Shown here: positions 13,325 through 25,819 of the stretch, one piece after another
How the letters are laid out: every line of letters begins with the position of its first letter
Numbering within the stretch: the stretch's first letter is position 1
From: Fistulifera solaris
Lineage: Eukaryota
Length of the DNA stretch: 64,000 nt
Direction: 5' to 3'
NCBI GenBank assembly: GCA_030295235.1
Contig: AP026148.1
Coordinates: 744,001-808,000 of the forward strand
The notes under the pieces: generated by a model
The model's input: only the letters and a program-made list of their open reading frames with translations
Told to the model about the DNA's origin: nothing
The model's database searches: none
Made by a program: the position numbers and the translations under genes

Positions 13325-13834
13325 TCAAGAATGCGACAAGTTCAAACCGATGACTCCAGTCGCAATCATAGTTAAATACAATCCCTTGAGCAAACTCCAG
13401 GGTTCCTGAAAGATCAAAACACCAGCTGATGTTACCAGAATCGTTCCTATCGCTCCCCATGCCGCATACGCGGTTCCTACCGCAATCCGTGACAATACGA
13501 CATTCAATCCGAACATGCTCGTCATGTTAAGAAAACAGGCGACCGCAAACAAGGCCAATGAACCGATGTCACGAGATCGTTTCGACAAGGAAGCACCGGT
13601 GCATTCGACCGCAATGGATCCCAACAGTAACAAATAGGCTTGCTGTTTTGATAATGTACGTGTCTTTGTCGGTGGATGGGTAGAATCGACGGGCAAAGGA
13701 AAGGCAAGACGGACTTTGGGTGTTTTTTGGGACATTCGATTACTGCGATTCTTCTGATTGAGAAAGGAAAAGGCTCCTGTACCAGGCACGAGAAACAGAA
13801 GAGCTGCTAGCCGATAAAGATGTATAAATTGCAT
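13325..13834 (-). CDS. SMR (EmrE/QacE/SugE-type) small multidrug transporter with bipartite plastid-targeting leader
   Basis: TM1 Glu (SIAVECTG), IAVGTAYAAWGAIG, FQEP..GVIGLNL. Leader is a signal peptide ending GTGA-FSF followed by a basic transit peptide. Confidence 0.85.
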   Translation of the reverse strand: MQFIHLYRLAALLFLVPGTGAFSFLNQKNRSNRMSQKTPKVRLAFPLPVDSTHPPTKTRTLSKQQAYLLLLGSIAVECTGASLSKRSRDIGSLALFAVACFLNMTSMFGLNVVLSRIAVGTAYAAWGAIGTILVTSAGVLIFQEPWSLLKGLYLTMIATGVIGLNLSHS

Positions 13835-14632
13835 GATAAGGCAATGAAAGGAAAGTATTTGACAGAGAAGTAGAAGGAATATCGATCTCTGCTGATGACT
13901 GACGTTGATTAATGAAGGTGATAATGGGGATCGCAGTGATGGGTGATGGGTGGAAAGTCAATGTTCACTATCTATTAAAAAAGTATTTCAGTTACTAAAG
14001 AGGGAAGATAAAACGCTTCGGATGTCTACCAGGTACGTGAAATTCACGTAAGCCTCGTAGGAATTTTATCTCCGTAGGATTAACACCTCATCAATTCTCG
14101 GGTCTGACAGCGACAAGCTTCATCGTAACATTGCTGAACAAACCTGCAGCAAGAATCATCAGTTTTTGGAACATCAAACCTAAAAAGAACAACAAATGCA
14201 ATGTTGCGAATGTCAACGTGAATTTCACCTTGGCCCCGTGGGAAATTTATCGACAGGTTTTATTGGATCCGGTTAGCGTTGTTTTGAAAGAACTACCTAA
14301 TGTTTTCTTTTCCTTGTTCGAACAGTTCAATAGTTACTAGAACTGAGAAGTACAAAGTAGTTAGACGAAAGCCTAAGGAGACCTTTTCGTGACATGATTA
14401 TCAGTCATGAGTCATGAGTGAGTCACGGGCCGTGTATGTGTCACGATTGCTTATTGTTAAACTTCTTTTTTTAGTAAACGCACAATTAACGGTTTCTTAA
14501 CGCTCACCGTTCACCTCTGTCTGCCGCCACTCATCGTTTAAAACACACGAGCTCGAAGTCGAAGCTCGACATCAGTGTCATGTCATGCTATGAACAATTC
14601 CATTGACAGAAAGAGAAACCAAGCAAGCAGTG

Positions 14633-16779
14633 ATGTTACTAATAGAACGAAGAGAAAATCCACTTTGCTTCCGCAGCTTAAAACGAAGTATACATTTGCT
14701 GGGGCTACTACAATTGACTTTGGTGCACTGCTTTCTTTGTCAACTGCAAACGAAAGGATCATCTCCTGCTCTCTCGTTCATTACTCTCAACAACGTTGCT
14801 CAAAGCTCCGCATCCGACCTATTATCGATAATGCGAGATAATCAATACACGAAACGAGTCATCACGCTTCAACAGGAGGACTTGCCGATTACAGCTGAAG
14901 TTCTGATAGATGGAGAATGTTGCGTCGCCAATATCACAAGAATTCTTTTTCCTACTCTGCCTGCCGGATCAAATTTACCCAACAATGCGCAATTTGAGCT
15001 TCAGGACGGATTGAAAGTAGATGTGGGGCAAATAACGACGTTTTGGATGACGGACAGGTCACCAACATTGAATCTATCGGCCAAGGCCAAGGTATCGGCA
15101 CAATACAAAGAGCGCACACTCGAAGCCGTGTATCGCTCTCACGTGGGGCGCGGTCGAAAAGGAGGACTTTCGAAGCAACAGATAGCGCAATATGGTGAAG
15201 ATACTCAATCGCAGGCTGTCCTGCGGCACATTGTAAAGGAGGAGTAGCGCAATCGCGTGTGGCGGATTCGCTTCAGGTAGAACAACAATCTACTTCTCTT
15301 CTATCGCAAAGTGAATGCGCGAGGCTACTAGCGCAAGATGCACAACTTGGAGGACGGTTTAAGCGATGGCCGTGTGTTTTGCTGGCGTGTGACTTTACAA
15401 AACAAAAACCAACCCTTACTCTGATGAATGGCGGCTGGTTGGTCATGGACCAAAACATACGATCTGTGACCGATGGACAGCTATTTGCGCAACGCAAAAA
15501 GGTACAAACAGTTACGGATGAGCGCATTGTGCTGCGTTTGGAGTGCCTTGCCTTGGGCGAACAGCAGCAACGACAACAAACCTCGAATGAAGTCCTGGAA
15601 CTCGATGTGCGGCAAGTTTTACTCGAGATGAATTTAAGTCTGGATGCCGACGGCGCCAAAGAAGCACTGTTTCAGCTGGGACTATGGACGGCCAAAGACC
15701 AAGACAGTGGGAAAGCGCAGTTTTGGACGCCATCGGTGTTGAGTGCTGCGAAGAACTACATTCAAAGTGTTGATCAAATGAGTTCGCTTGACTCGGTAAA
15801 TGACGAACGGGTCGATTTGCGTCACTTGCCGTGTATTTGTGTCGACGGTCAACGAGTATCATTTCGCGACGACGCAATTGGCTTGCGATCTCGTGCTTCG
15901 ACAGGACGGAGATGTTTTCCAGAGGCTTCGAAATGGGAAATTTTGATTCATATTGCGGACGTTTCTGATATTTATGTGCCAAAAGATGAAGCTACAAGTA
16001 TTTTACGAGAGGCGGCGGCAAGTCGAGGGATTAGTCGATATGATTTGCCGACAGGGCCGGTTCATCTGTTACCGCCTGTGATTCTGCAGGCGTTGAGTTT
16101 GCGGTCAAACAAAGCCAACCGATCTGTTACAATATGGGTCTACGTCGACGAAAGGGATGGGCGGTTGCTTGATGCGGGTGTCGAGCGCTCATTAGTTGCT
16201 GCTCCTTACGAGTATTCATTTAACGAAGCGAGTCGTTTGATGGAAAAGGAAACCACAAACAACTTGAGTCACAGTTCAAACGGCAGTCGTGATGGCAAGG
16301 CTAGGGCAATTCTATTGGTGACGGAGAGGATTGTAACAGCATGGAATCAGGCGCGACAGAGTCGTAGTACAGCAGCAAGGAAGCGAGAGGAGCGCTTGAC
16401 ATCAAAAGAGACAGAGTTTCATCCCGAGAGCATGTTTGATGACGGACGAGACGGTTTTGTACGTACACGGGCGCATCGATTGGTCGACTCCGCACTCGAT
16501 TTGTATTCTTATGCAGCAGCCGCTTTATTGAGACGCGTAGAAGCTCCGATTCCTCGTGCCCAAGGCGTCGGCGCGGACCGTGGAGGACGCATTGCTACTT
16601 CGCCACTTCGGCGTTTTCTTGACGGCGAAGCACAACGGCAACTCTTGGCAGTCTGTTGTGAATTTGGTGATAAATTGTCCGCTAAAGAGTGTTCAGAAGC
16701 GGGCATTCTATCCAACGAAAGACGAAACAAAGTAAATAACGTTCGTTCCGTGCGCCAAAAGAGAAGCTTGAATAAGTAA
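14633..16779 (+). CDS. RNB-domain (RNase II/R-like) protein, probably organelle-targeted; frameshift near 15240
   Basis: RVDLRHLPCICVDG..RDDAIG, ILIHIADVS, SRYDLP..HLLP, AHRLV, ATSPLRRFLD..QRQL. The upstream ORF 14603-15247 joins by a 1-nt shift. Confidence 0.75.
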
Positions 16780-16895
16780 TCAATTGAATTTAATCAATAA
16801 ATCTATGCAAAGTCGAATAACATTTAGCTGCAAAAACAGGTCAAGAGTCAGCAGGGCAATGGAGGAAAAGGACTCAATAAAGCGCCCCAACTTGT

Positions 16896-17147
16896 CTACC
16901 CCATTCGTTTCCACATGTTATTGCTTGTTGCCTTGTGATCGTCGTTTGCACGTTGGGCTTGCATCTCTCGCATCAATCTTTCGTATTGCTGCTTTTGTTC
17001 ATAGTTTGCACCGCCATCTTCATCCAGACCACGAATTTTGTCTTTATCGGCGATGAAGGGTAAATAAATCGTTCCCACACCGACGGCCGCGAGCGTTAAG
17101 GAAACCGCCGCAACAACCATTTTCGATCCGTTGTTTCGTGCTGCCAT
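16896..17147 (-). CDS. Small single-TM hypothetical protein (83 aa)
   Basis: ATG preceded by AAATAA; one hydrophobic segment (VVAAVSLTLAAVGVGTIYLPFI) followed by a charged tail. Confidence 0.6.
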   Translation of the reverse strand: MAARNNGSKMVVAAVSLTLAAVGVGTIYLPFIADKDKIRGLDEDGGANYEQKQQYERLMREMQAQRANDDHKATSNNMWKRMG

Positions 17148-17536
17148 TTATTTTCGATTAGTTGTCGCCTTATAATGTATATATTGTAGTACCTATTTCT
17201 GTTGTTATACTTGTCAAGAAGAATCATGAGCGAATAATGAATTATACCTGGTACCAGTGATCGTGGGCGAGGAGGAGGAGTCGTCGTCGCGAGCGTTTTG
17301 TTAGCGCAAAACCACATCAGTCAGAAGTTCCGTCTGTAGAACTCAGAGTATTACAGTACTCGCGCTCGTTGTCGCTCACATCTTTCACAAAAGTACAACA
17401 ATCATCATCGCATGTCGAAGATACCTACTAAGCTAAAGACTATTTCTTATAAATTTTACCGGTAGAGCGTCTTCTTCATCATTCGGTTGGGCTTTGTGCA
17501 TTTTCAGACGGCAAAAAGTAATCGCTTTCGAATGTA

Positions 17537-18361
17537 TCATTTACGTTCGGCGAAGTGGTTCCGTTTTCTAGCCATTTGCTGTTGTTTCGTACGTCTCAAA
17601 GCCCATCCTAAAGCAATCAAAGTAACGGCAAACATGAAACTCTGACGCGAATACAGTATCAGCTCTAATCCGAAAGCATTACAAGCCCAGGGGAAGAAAA
17701 GTAATAGTAGCCACGGACTGAAACAAGCCAAGTGCTCCAAGTAGCGATCGGGAGAAATCATGACCCAAGGCGTCAAGTACAGGACCAAAACACGATATGG
17801 TGCCATATACAACTGCAGCAGTGCCGGATACAAATGCATTGGTGTATCCGCATAACACGAGGCTTGAATTCCGCTCACGATCAAGTCACCGGTCTGCGTC
17901 AATGGTGCAAAGCGACCTTGTCGTGTCACCATTTCGTGCATTTGCTGAACCGGTAAAGTTCGCCCTCTATCCGATATCAACGTATTTTGCGCATTTTTGG
18001 CTGCGATAGAGCGCTTGACGTTGCCTTGGTAAATAAATAGGAACTGCGATGGTGTCACTTCCAACATGATAGTGTTGTTTCGATGCATCATTGAAAGCTG
18101 AAGAAATTCCGTCAATTCGTTCCAGTACGCGACGGCATATACACGAGTATACGAATTGCCGTGCTTGCTGCGAATTCGAACGAGATCACCGCTGCGCAAC
18201 TCATATATGGGAATGTTACCCCGACCTTGGATCTGCACGGTAGTGTGTCCCGAGAATCCCATGGGTTCCACACGACAACTCGGCAGACTATGAAAGACCC
18301 ACAGGAGCAGCAGGAAAGAGAAAACCAAGAAATTGAATAGAACAAAGAAACGGGATAGCAT
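17537..18361 (-). CDS. Hedgehog/Hint-domain membrane protein (catalytic residues degenerate)
   Basis: GFSGHTTVQ..IYELRSGDLV...LEVTPSQFLF...GRFAPLTQTGDLIVSGIQASCY is a Hog-type Hint domain; hydrophobic N- and C-terminal segments. Confidence 0.8.
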   Translation of the reverse strand: MLSRFFVLFNFLVFSFLLLLWVFHSLPSCRVEPMGFSGHTTVQIQGRGNIPIYELRSGDLVRIRSKHGNSYTRVYAVAYWNELTEFLQLSMMHRNNTIMLEVTPSQFLFIYQGNVKRSIAAKNAQNTLISDRGRTLPVQQMHEMVTRQGRFAPLTQTGDLIVSGIQASCYADTPMHLYPALLQLYMAPYRVLVLYLTPWVMISPDRYLEHLACFSPWLLLLFFPWACNAFGLELILYSRQSFMFAVTLIALGWALRRTKQQQMARKRNHFAERK

Positions 18362-18541
18362 GGTGCATGAAATTCTTTGAACAAAGAATACGATCGCTCA
18401 GGTTGGGGAGAATGAGAAGCGAGTTTGATACGAAGGAGGCTTCATTGTTCAATGGAGTTCTCATTTTACGTCATATTCGGAACGCCTCCGCAAAATATTG
18501 TTCTTGTCGAGATGAAGAGTGTGTTTTCTATATTCTTTCTG

Positions 18542-19484
18542 TTACAGCATACCGCCCTCGAGTTCCACAAAATCCTTAGCCTTTTGCTCAGCCTTTTCTT
18601 TCTCTTGTTGTTCTTCTAGCAGCTTTGCTTCCTCTGATTCTTTGGATGGCTCAGTAGCTTTGGGTGGATCTTCCATCTTTTTCAAAAGGTCTTCATACGG
18701 AGCTCCAGCTCGCTCATCATCCTTTCCTTCACTTTTAGTATTAGAATCTTTTGCGATCGTTTTGTCGTCCTCGTTTTTGGTGACTTCCTTTTTCTCTGAC
18801 GAGCTTTCTTCTATCTTTTCCACCTCTTCTTCTGTCTTACTCTTGGGTTCGTCCTTTTTCTTTAGTTCTTCTGGCAATGACTCTAATTTTGTTTCTAGTT
18901 TTGCTTCGTCTTTCGGCTCGGCTTTTGTTTCTTTAGCGACTTCTACAACAGGTGTTGGTACAGATTCTGGTGTAGCGAGCACAGGTTCTGGTACCGGTGA
19001 TGTGAAAACACCCAATTGAATAGCTAGCACGAACGCAAAGGAAAGTACTCCAGCAATCGATGATAACTATCTCCAAAAAATGAAGGAACTTGCATTGTGA
19101 GAAAGAAGATCTTCCGCTAAGAGGATCATGACCAACATACCTTCGCAATAATCTCGAGTGCTTCCACTCGAGATTTACGTACCTGATTGCTTCTTCTACC
19201 TTGACAAGGCGTTGCTTGGCATCTTCTAAAAACTTTTGGCTGGTTTCAATTTCCAATTGCAATTCATTTCGATCATTGATGGCCGATGCTCGTACTACGA
19301 GAGCAGCTACGGGTACTAAAAACAAGCCAAAATCGAGGGGACCGAGTTCTCCTAGAGTAGCAATTTCAGTTGCGGCATGTAAGCAAGAAGGTCGAGGTTT
19401 CGAGTGACAACTGAAAGGTCTCGACACTTGAAATGCCGATACCGACATGGTCGACAGAAGATAAAAGAGACCGGGAAAGCGCAT
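18542..19484 (-). CDS. Plastid-targeted membrane protein with acidic Lys/Glu-rich tail; exact splicing between 19182 and 19065 unresolved
   Basis: Leader MRFPGLFYLLSTMSVSA-FQV, TM segment, coiled coil; GT donors at 19182 and 19140; downstream ORF 18542-19030 is rich in E/K. Confidence 0.6.
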
Positions 19485-20068
19485 TGCCGTTCTTTTTTAT
19501 TGATTGGAGTGTAGAGGCCCGCAGCTTCGATACTATCAAAAGTAAGTATTATAAAAGCAAATATTGTTCAAATACTTAGTATCTGGTATGCTTCCGAGGA
19601 TGACTTTACTTTTGGATTCGGTTTCATTGCAATCGGCGCGCACACGCTCATTGTTTTCGGGCGGCGGAGGATCATCGTACCCGGTACGCATTGAAAGTCG
19701 GAATGGTTTTGTACACAAATCCTTCTAAATCGTTTAGTGTACAAACGTCACCGAATGTCATCCATCACTGACGCAAGTCTACGTCAGGCATTTATGACGA
19801 CTAACTAACGACCGATATCTCCACGACTGCAATCGATGAAAAAATACTCTATCGTGAAAGGTGACACGACGACGGTGAGATGAAAGCATTGACGATATCA
19901 AAAACATATTTGTAATATCTTGACCGTAAACTCAGAACTAAAAACAAAAAAGGAAGCTGAAATGCAGTACATGGTTAATATTAAGCGCTATTGTGCGAGA
20001 AAACTGTGTAAATCAATGAAAAATGAATGGAACAATCTTTCGAAAGATCGGTGCCCCGACATGTCAGC

Positions 20069-23000
20069 CTAAGAATACTTTGCTAAAAACTTCTGCACAA
20101 TGTCTTCGCCCTTCTTCTCCCACTCGGCGCGGTTGTTGGTTGCGTAATTCAAGTATTCATCGCTCGAAACGCCAAACACGCCACATTCCTTCAACTTCTT
20201 CGTCAGGGGAATGATGTAATTGTCAAAGAAGCCTAGTTCGCCCTTGTACCAATTCACAGAAGGATCGTTCTCCAACAGACCGGCTTTGTATCCCAAATAC
20301 ATTTCTTCAAAGAGGCGCTCGTTCCACTTTTGATAGACGTGCCAGTGTTGCATGGTGTGTGATACGTCACTGGCTTGGATCAGATGCTCAATGACGATGG
20401 TCGCTTTACGGTGGATTTGGGTGTCGACATCTTCGTTCAAATCCGGATTGTGAAAAGCATCGGCCCAGCGCTTCTTACGCATGGCTCCAAGATCCTTGTC
20501 AAAGATGTCAGTTGCCATAACAGAGTTGACCACGAGCTGGCGTAAGCGACGGAGATCGCCTTCGGTCTTGAAGAGGCAGGCTCGCAGGTTACCGAAGGCG
20601 GAGTCCATGAGGATATGCCACGCCAGATCGACTGAGTTTTGTTCAGCGACACTCTGATTGTTGTACGCTGCAGCCATGGTTGGGTCTTGCTTGAGCAGCA
20701 CAAAGTTGGGAATACCACGGTGGTCGACGTCGTGGATGAGCGCGGCAAACACGAGTGCAAACTGCGTCAACGGATCGGACGTGATACCGTACGTCTTGTC
20801 GGCGGCTCCGTCGGTTTCCCGGCCCTTTTCAATGCGGGAAAGCAGCTTGGTGACCGACATGGTAACATGCGATGCGTGCTCGAAGCAGTGAAAGGGATTG
20901 GTATGATACATCTTGGAGAGGACCGTAACAAGGCTGCGAACTTCCTCCACGACGACAGGATCGAGCTCTACCGTGTTGGTATCTTGCGACGCTGTGTGAA
21001 GATGCTCATCTGCGGGCATAACGATGATCTCGGCAATCTCTCCAATGACGTTGGTGGTGTCTCGTCCGATCGACTGTTCAGCCGCGCGGACACGGCGTTC
21101 ATCGGAGAATGCTGTAGGCAACGAGTTGGCTGCTTGCCGCTTCAGAACAAGTTTCTTGAGGAGATTGACCAGGATATCACAGTTCCAGTCAATGAGACGG
21201 TCGATTTTCTTTTGCTCTAAATCGACTTCCACTTTTGGTTGTTCCCCACTGTCTTGCTCGACAATAGAAGCCGACAACTGTTTGTTTTCCTTGGTGGGAT
21301 TGATCTTGAGCCAGTATGTTTGGATCGCTCCTTTGCCTTTGGCCACGATGAGATCTTCGCGGAGTTCCAGCCAGTCTTCTTTTCCGGCTTCCTTGAGCAA
21401 CTGAGCAGTTTCCGGCGAGACGTGAATCTTCTTTCCCTTTCCGGAAGTTTCGATGCGTGACGTGGTGTTCATGGTATCCCCAAAGAGCTGTAATCTGGCT
21501 CGCTCGCCGCGAAGGACACCGGCCGTCACCGGGCCACTGTGCAAGCCGCATCGCAACGAAAGCTCACCCGTGTCCGGCCCCAGTTTGAGCTCGAGGCTTT
21601 CGGTGACTTCTTTCATTTTCTTCTGGCACTTTTGCGCAAACATGGCCATCAATATCGCATGATCGTCTCGGGGCTCTGGCATTCCTGCCACGGCAACGTA
21701 GCAGTCACCAACCGTTTCGACCTTGAAGACGCCCATCTTGCGTGCCACCTTGTCGAACTCACTGAAGATAGCTTCGAGTAATTGAAAGACTTGAGTTGGT
21801 TCTCGGACACTGCTCCAAGCAGTGAACCCAACGATGTCCATGAAGGAAACGGTCGTTGCAACGTACAAATCAGCCACGGGCTTGGTGCCGAATGCAGTGC
21901 TTTGGGTCGGTGCACTGTTTTCTTCCATCAGATTGGAGTAGTCGACTTGCTTGGTAGTTTTAGTCTTTTGGAGTGCCTCAATGTCCCCGCCGTTCTTCAA
22001 CAGCTGGGCCTGGATACTCTTGGGGAACATTGCCGAGACGATCTTGTTCGTTTTCTGGACCCGCATCGCCAGCTTTGTCTGTCTCCTCTTGACGTTCATA
22101 TCCCAGCAAATGAAAGCGAACGCTGTCATGATAAAGATAGCGATGCAACCCACGCTGAATAGCAACGGTGCATTTGTCAAGTACTCATCCTCGAATTCTT
22201 GGGTTGGGTAAAGGCGAAGCGTGTAGACGCATAGCTTGCTTTCGTCGAGTTGAAGACGGCGAGTTTCAGTCGTGGGCTGCTCGGAAAAGCGCGAATTGAC
22301 AAAAGGGACGTGCTTGCCGAGATAGTTGAACTTGTGGTCATGATGGTCTCCTTCTCCAACGTAATGAACCTCTTCGCCCGAAATGTCGAACGTGTACACG
22401 TCTCCACACGAGTTTTCGACAACACACGTCATGGGATATGGTGTGTGCAATATATCCCCCAGAAATAGTTCCCAGGTAAAGATCGAGACAAAATACCCCA
22501 CCACATTTGCTTGCAGCTGCAGGGTATCGTTGATGGGCTGAACGACAAAGCTGTGCGGATGATCGGCGATGACACCTGGGAGAGATGCTGTCCCTAAGTC
22601 AGCAGCCAAGGTCGTCGTGATCTCAGAGACAACAGCATCCGTGAAGACTTCGGAGACTTCTGCCGCGTGACGAAATGCGTCCACAGACCGAAGGTCGAGG
22701 TTCATGACTGTCTTGTCGGTCAGAGGAGGCGACACCTGCCACGTCGGATTAAAGGGTCCTTCGGATTCGCCGGCGATTACGTTCCCCCTCGCCGTCGTGC
22801 AACTGGTTTGCAATTCCCGACTCGCTTTGAGAGTACTGCTCCCACTCTTCCGCTGTCGTTGACGTTTGGCGTAAAGATCATGAGTTCCGTGTGGCTTAGC
22901 GATCGGAATGCCTCGCCCTGTTCTTGGAAATACGGAATAGTCACTTGGGGCCACTGGGCTTGAATAGCAGTTAACACTGATGTTGTCGACGTTGTTATCT

Positions 23001-23382
23001 CGTGCATTTCACTGAGCAGCTCGTTGAACTTGCGCTGTGAGAGACGGATGAGCTCATCAGATAGAATGTGAAACTTTGTCAGGGTGTTGCGTGAGAAGCC
23101 GAAAGCAATAATACTTCATCTCCGGGGAGCGCAGCTTACCTCTCCCTCGAAGTGTTTCTCTTCTTCATTTCGGAAAGCAAAGTAGCAGACGGTGGACAAA
23201 GTAGCAGCGCTGATCAGCAACGTCAAAGCGACGCAGAAGCGACTGTAACGCACAAGCTTATCTTCCGCCGCAAGCTCTTCCGGAGTTTTGTTGCTCGAAT
23301 AGGTCACTCCGGAAGTGTTGCTGAAGCTTCCATCTTTCCCACTGCTGTTGTTGGATGACGAATGATGGGAAGAATCTGTCAT
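20069..23382 (-). CDS. Receptor-type nucleotide (guanylate-like) cyclase-phosphodiesterase fusion, copy 1; intron 23139-23074; small indels near 22785-22855
   Basis: TM, extracellular sensor, TM, class III cyclase (FMDIVGFTAWSS, FKVETVGDCY, LHSGPVTAGV, QLFGDTMNTTSR), then PDEase (FHCFEHASHV, HDVDH, ATD, ASDVSH). Confidence 0.93.
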
Positions 23383-23765
23383 ATCAAAAGAACTGTTGGC
23401 AACAAAGACGCGTGTGTTCGGATTGTGGCTTTTGGTGATTGTTTTGAAATGCTTTTCTTGCTTTCTCTTCCGAGAGGATGGGTCTTGTCGATGTGTTTTG
23501 ATGTGCTTTTGACGTCCTTTATTCTTTGGGCTTATTGGATTGTACTTTATACTATGAATATTGTCTTTCAGAGAACCTTTGGGCGTATTTCAAAAGTTCC
23601 AACCTTCAAATTCAAGGCTTCTTCTATTAATCTTGCCTTCGTTTACGGTAATAACTTTCTACATTCATCAGTTATACCAATAATTCATGAGTTAGGGAGT
23701 ACTAGTTACTACTAATAACAATTAGGACTTAAAGAGAAGGCTCACTGTGACAAGGAAAGGTATAA

Positions 23766-23858
23766 CACCAGCCACCTGCCACCAGCCGCCAGTCACCAGT
23801 GAGCAGTGAGCAGTGAGCAGTGAACACTGAGCAGTGAGCAGTGAACACTGAGTAGTGA
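23766..23858. repeat. Period-7 tandem minisatellite (CCACCAG grading into CAGTGAG/CAGTGAA)
   Basis: About 13 heptamer units, upstream of cyclase copy 1. Confidence 0.85.
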
Positions 23859-25819
23859 AACTCAACGAAAAGACTTTTTAGGCTGGCCCTGTTATTGGCG
23901 GTTGGCGACAGTGGCTAAAAAGACCGAAGAAAGATCCGATTACACCCATTCTCGCCTTTAAAACTTTCAAACATCAACACCAGTAGGCAGTGTTCTTTTG
24001 AGTAACATGTACTACGTAGTAATTTTCTTAAACAGCGAAACTGGAAAATACGCAAGCTAACAGTAAATAATGCATTTCCATTTCCTTGTTTGCATGGGCA
24101 ATGGTGTTTCTTGCCGAAAATCAACATGGCTAATCTGTTTCGTAAAAGTTGTGTTAAAGGAAGTTAAGAGAAACAACCTCTTAGGTACCGGTACCTCTTG
24201 ACTGTCATTTGCTTGTTGAAGAATCCTAACAAACCCCGACTGGATCAGATAGTCCATGACTGGATTTCGTTGGCGAGTCGTAGGGTCAGCGGATCGTCTG
24301 GACTTCATCACACCCCGTTGACGATGATTCGATGGATACCCATATCATCCCGTGTCGCACACAAGACGAGAAGGAAGAGAATCAATGAGTGGAAAGTTAG
24401 ATGTGAGTGAGTCTCTAATTTTGTTTTTTCGAACAAGAGACTACAATTTGCTTCGAACATCGAAATGTGCGCGCGATCTGCCCTTCATTCCGGAAAAGAG
24501 CGCATGCTTTACGCGGTGGATTGACAAAGTAGGTTGTCATCACGTTTCCCATGTTGTGCACGAAAATGATGATTCTCCCATTTACATGTGATGATGAAAG
24601 GAAAGATACTAGCATGTCTTTTAGTCGGAGTGAAACGACTTCTATTTCACTTGCTTCTCCACCCAGACTAATCGCAGTTGAAGTGAGAAATCAACCAACA
24701 TGACGACAAACGTTGAATCGTTGATGAGGTGCCTTGTCATCTTAGAGATCAAACGGTTTTCGTGCTTCCTACCCTCATTGTGGCAATACCTGCGCTCTTT
24801 CTTTCCCATCTTGTGCGATTCTTGGTGCAGGACGAATACATATTATAAAAGTGGCTAAAGAGCGACAGTCATACACGAAAATCTTCGATATCTACAAGAT
24901 ATAGCTGTTTTCCAGCAATGATATTTTCGGTTTAGTGAAGCCAGTACATGACAAAATTCAACCAGAGCCGTGCGCGCAACTGGTATGTTGCTTTGCTGCT
25001 CCCATTCGACGCGGTTAATGCTCGGAAATGCTAATACTCACCGCTTGAAAACTACGAAGACGCCGCATGGCTTCCATATATACAACACGAAAACGATGTA
25101 CTTATCAGAGAAACGATCTCTATGATTACCTACATACATGTCGTCAATATCAACTTATCGAAGGGGGAGTTCGCCGCCGGAGAAACACCTGATTGGCACC
25201 TCTCCTCATGAAATTGCCATTGCGCTCCTATTGATAACCACACTTTCATCGATGTAGCGCTAGTGGCTTATCCACGTCCTAATTCTTTTTTTCGTTTAGG
25301 ATACCACATGAACTTCGACATTACGCAGGGGAGTACGTTGTTGACCGTGTCAACACGGTTTAGGAGCGCCTCGACGATATGGCAAATGAGCAGCTGGCAG
25401 TGTGTGCTTTCAAGAACAGAGCACATTAACAATAATAGCTGCTTTGAGTTGGTGAATGCAGGAGCAAGATGAGTGATTCGTAAAAAGGACGCCGTAACAT
25501 GTTGAAAAAACGAGATAGGAGTGTCGCTACAACCACAACTTTTGCCTTGCCTGAACAATTCAAGGACACTGAGTGGACTTTCCGTTGTTAGAGTTTCATA
25601 GGAAAACTTTTATGGTGACATCAATCAGTTTGAAAACGTGTCTGAGAAGGTGTGGTCAAAATGATGATGAACGAACAGGCTTCTTGTTTCTAATCAGCCT
25701 CGATTCTTTTTCACGAATACTACAGAAAAGTGCTTGATTGATATTGAAAAGATATATTTAACTTGAAAAGCTAGAATGTGAACGGTTGAGTGATACCCGA
25801 CACAAATAATTATGTCCAA

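Noticed and set aside
17537..18361. Mobile intein
   Set aside because: No host extein, no C-terminal HN motif, no homing endonuclease; it is a Hog-type Hint ending in ASCY.
23766..23858. CRISPR-like array
   Set aside because: Contiguous 7-mers without unique spacers, no cas genes, eukaryotic context.
24300..25560. Possible decayed gene or transposon between cyclase copies 1 and 2
   Set aside because: Only short open stretches; I could not recognise transposase, RT or other motifs, nor terminal repeats.
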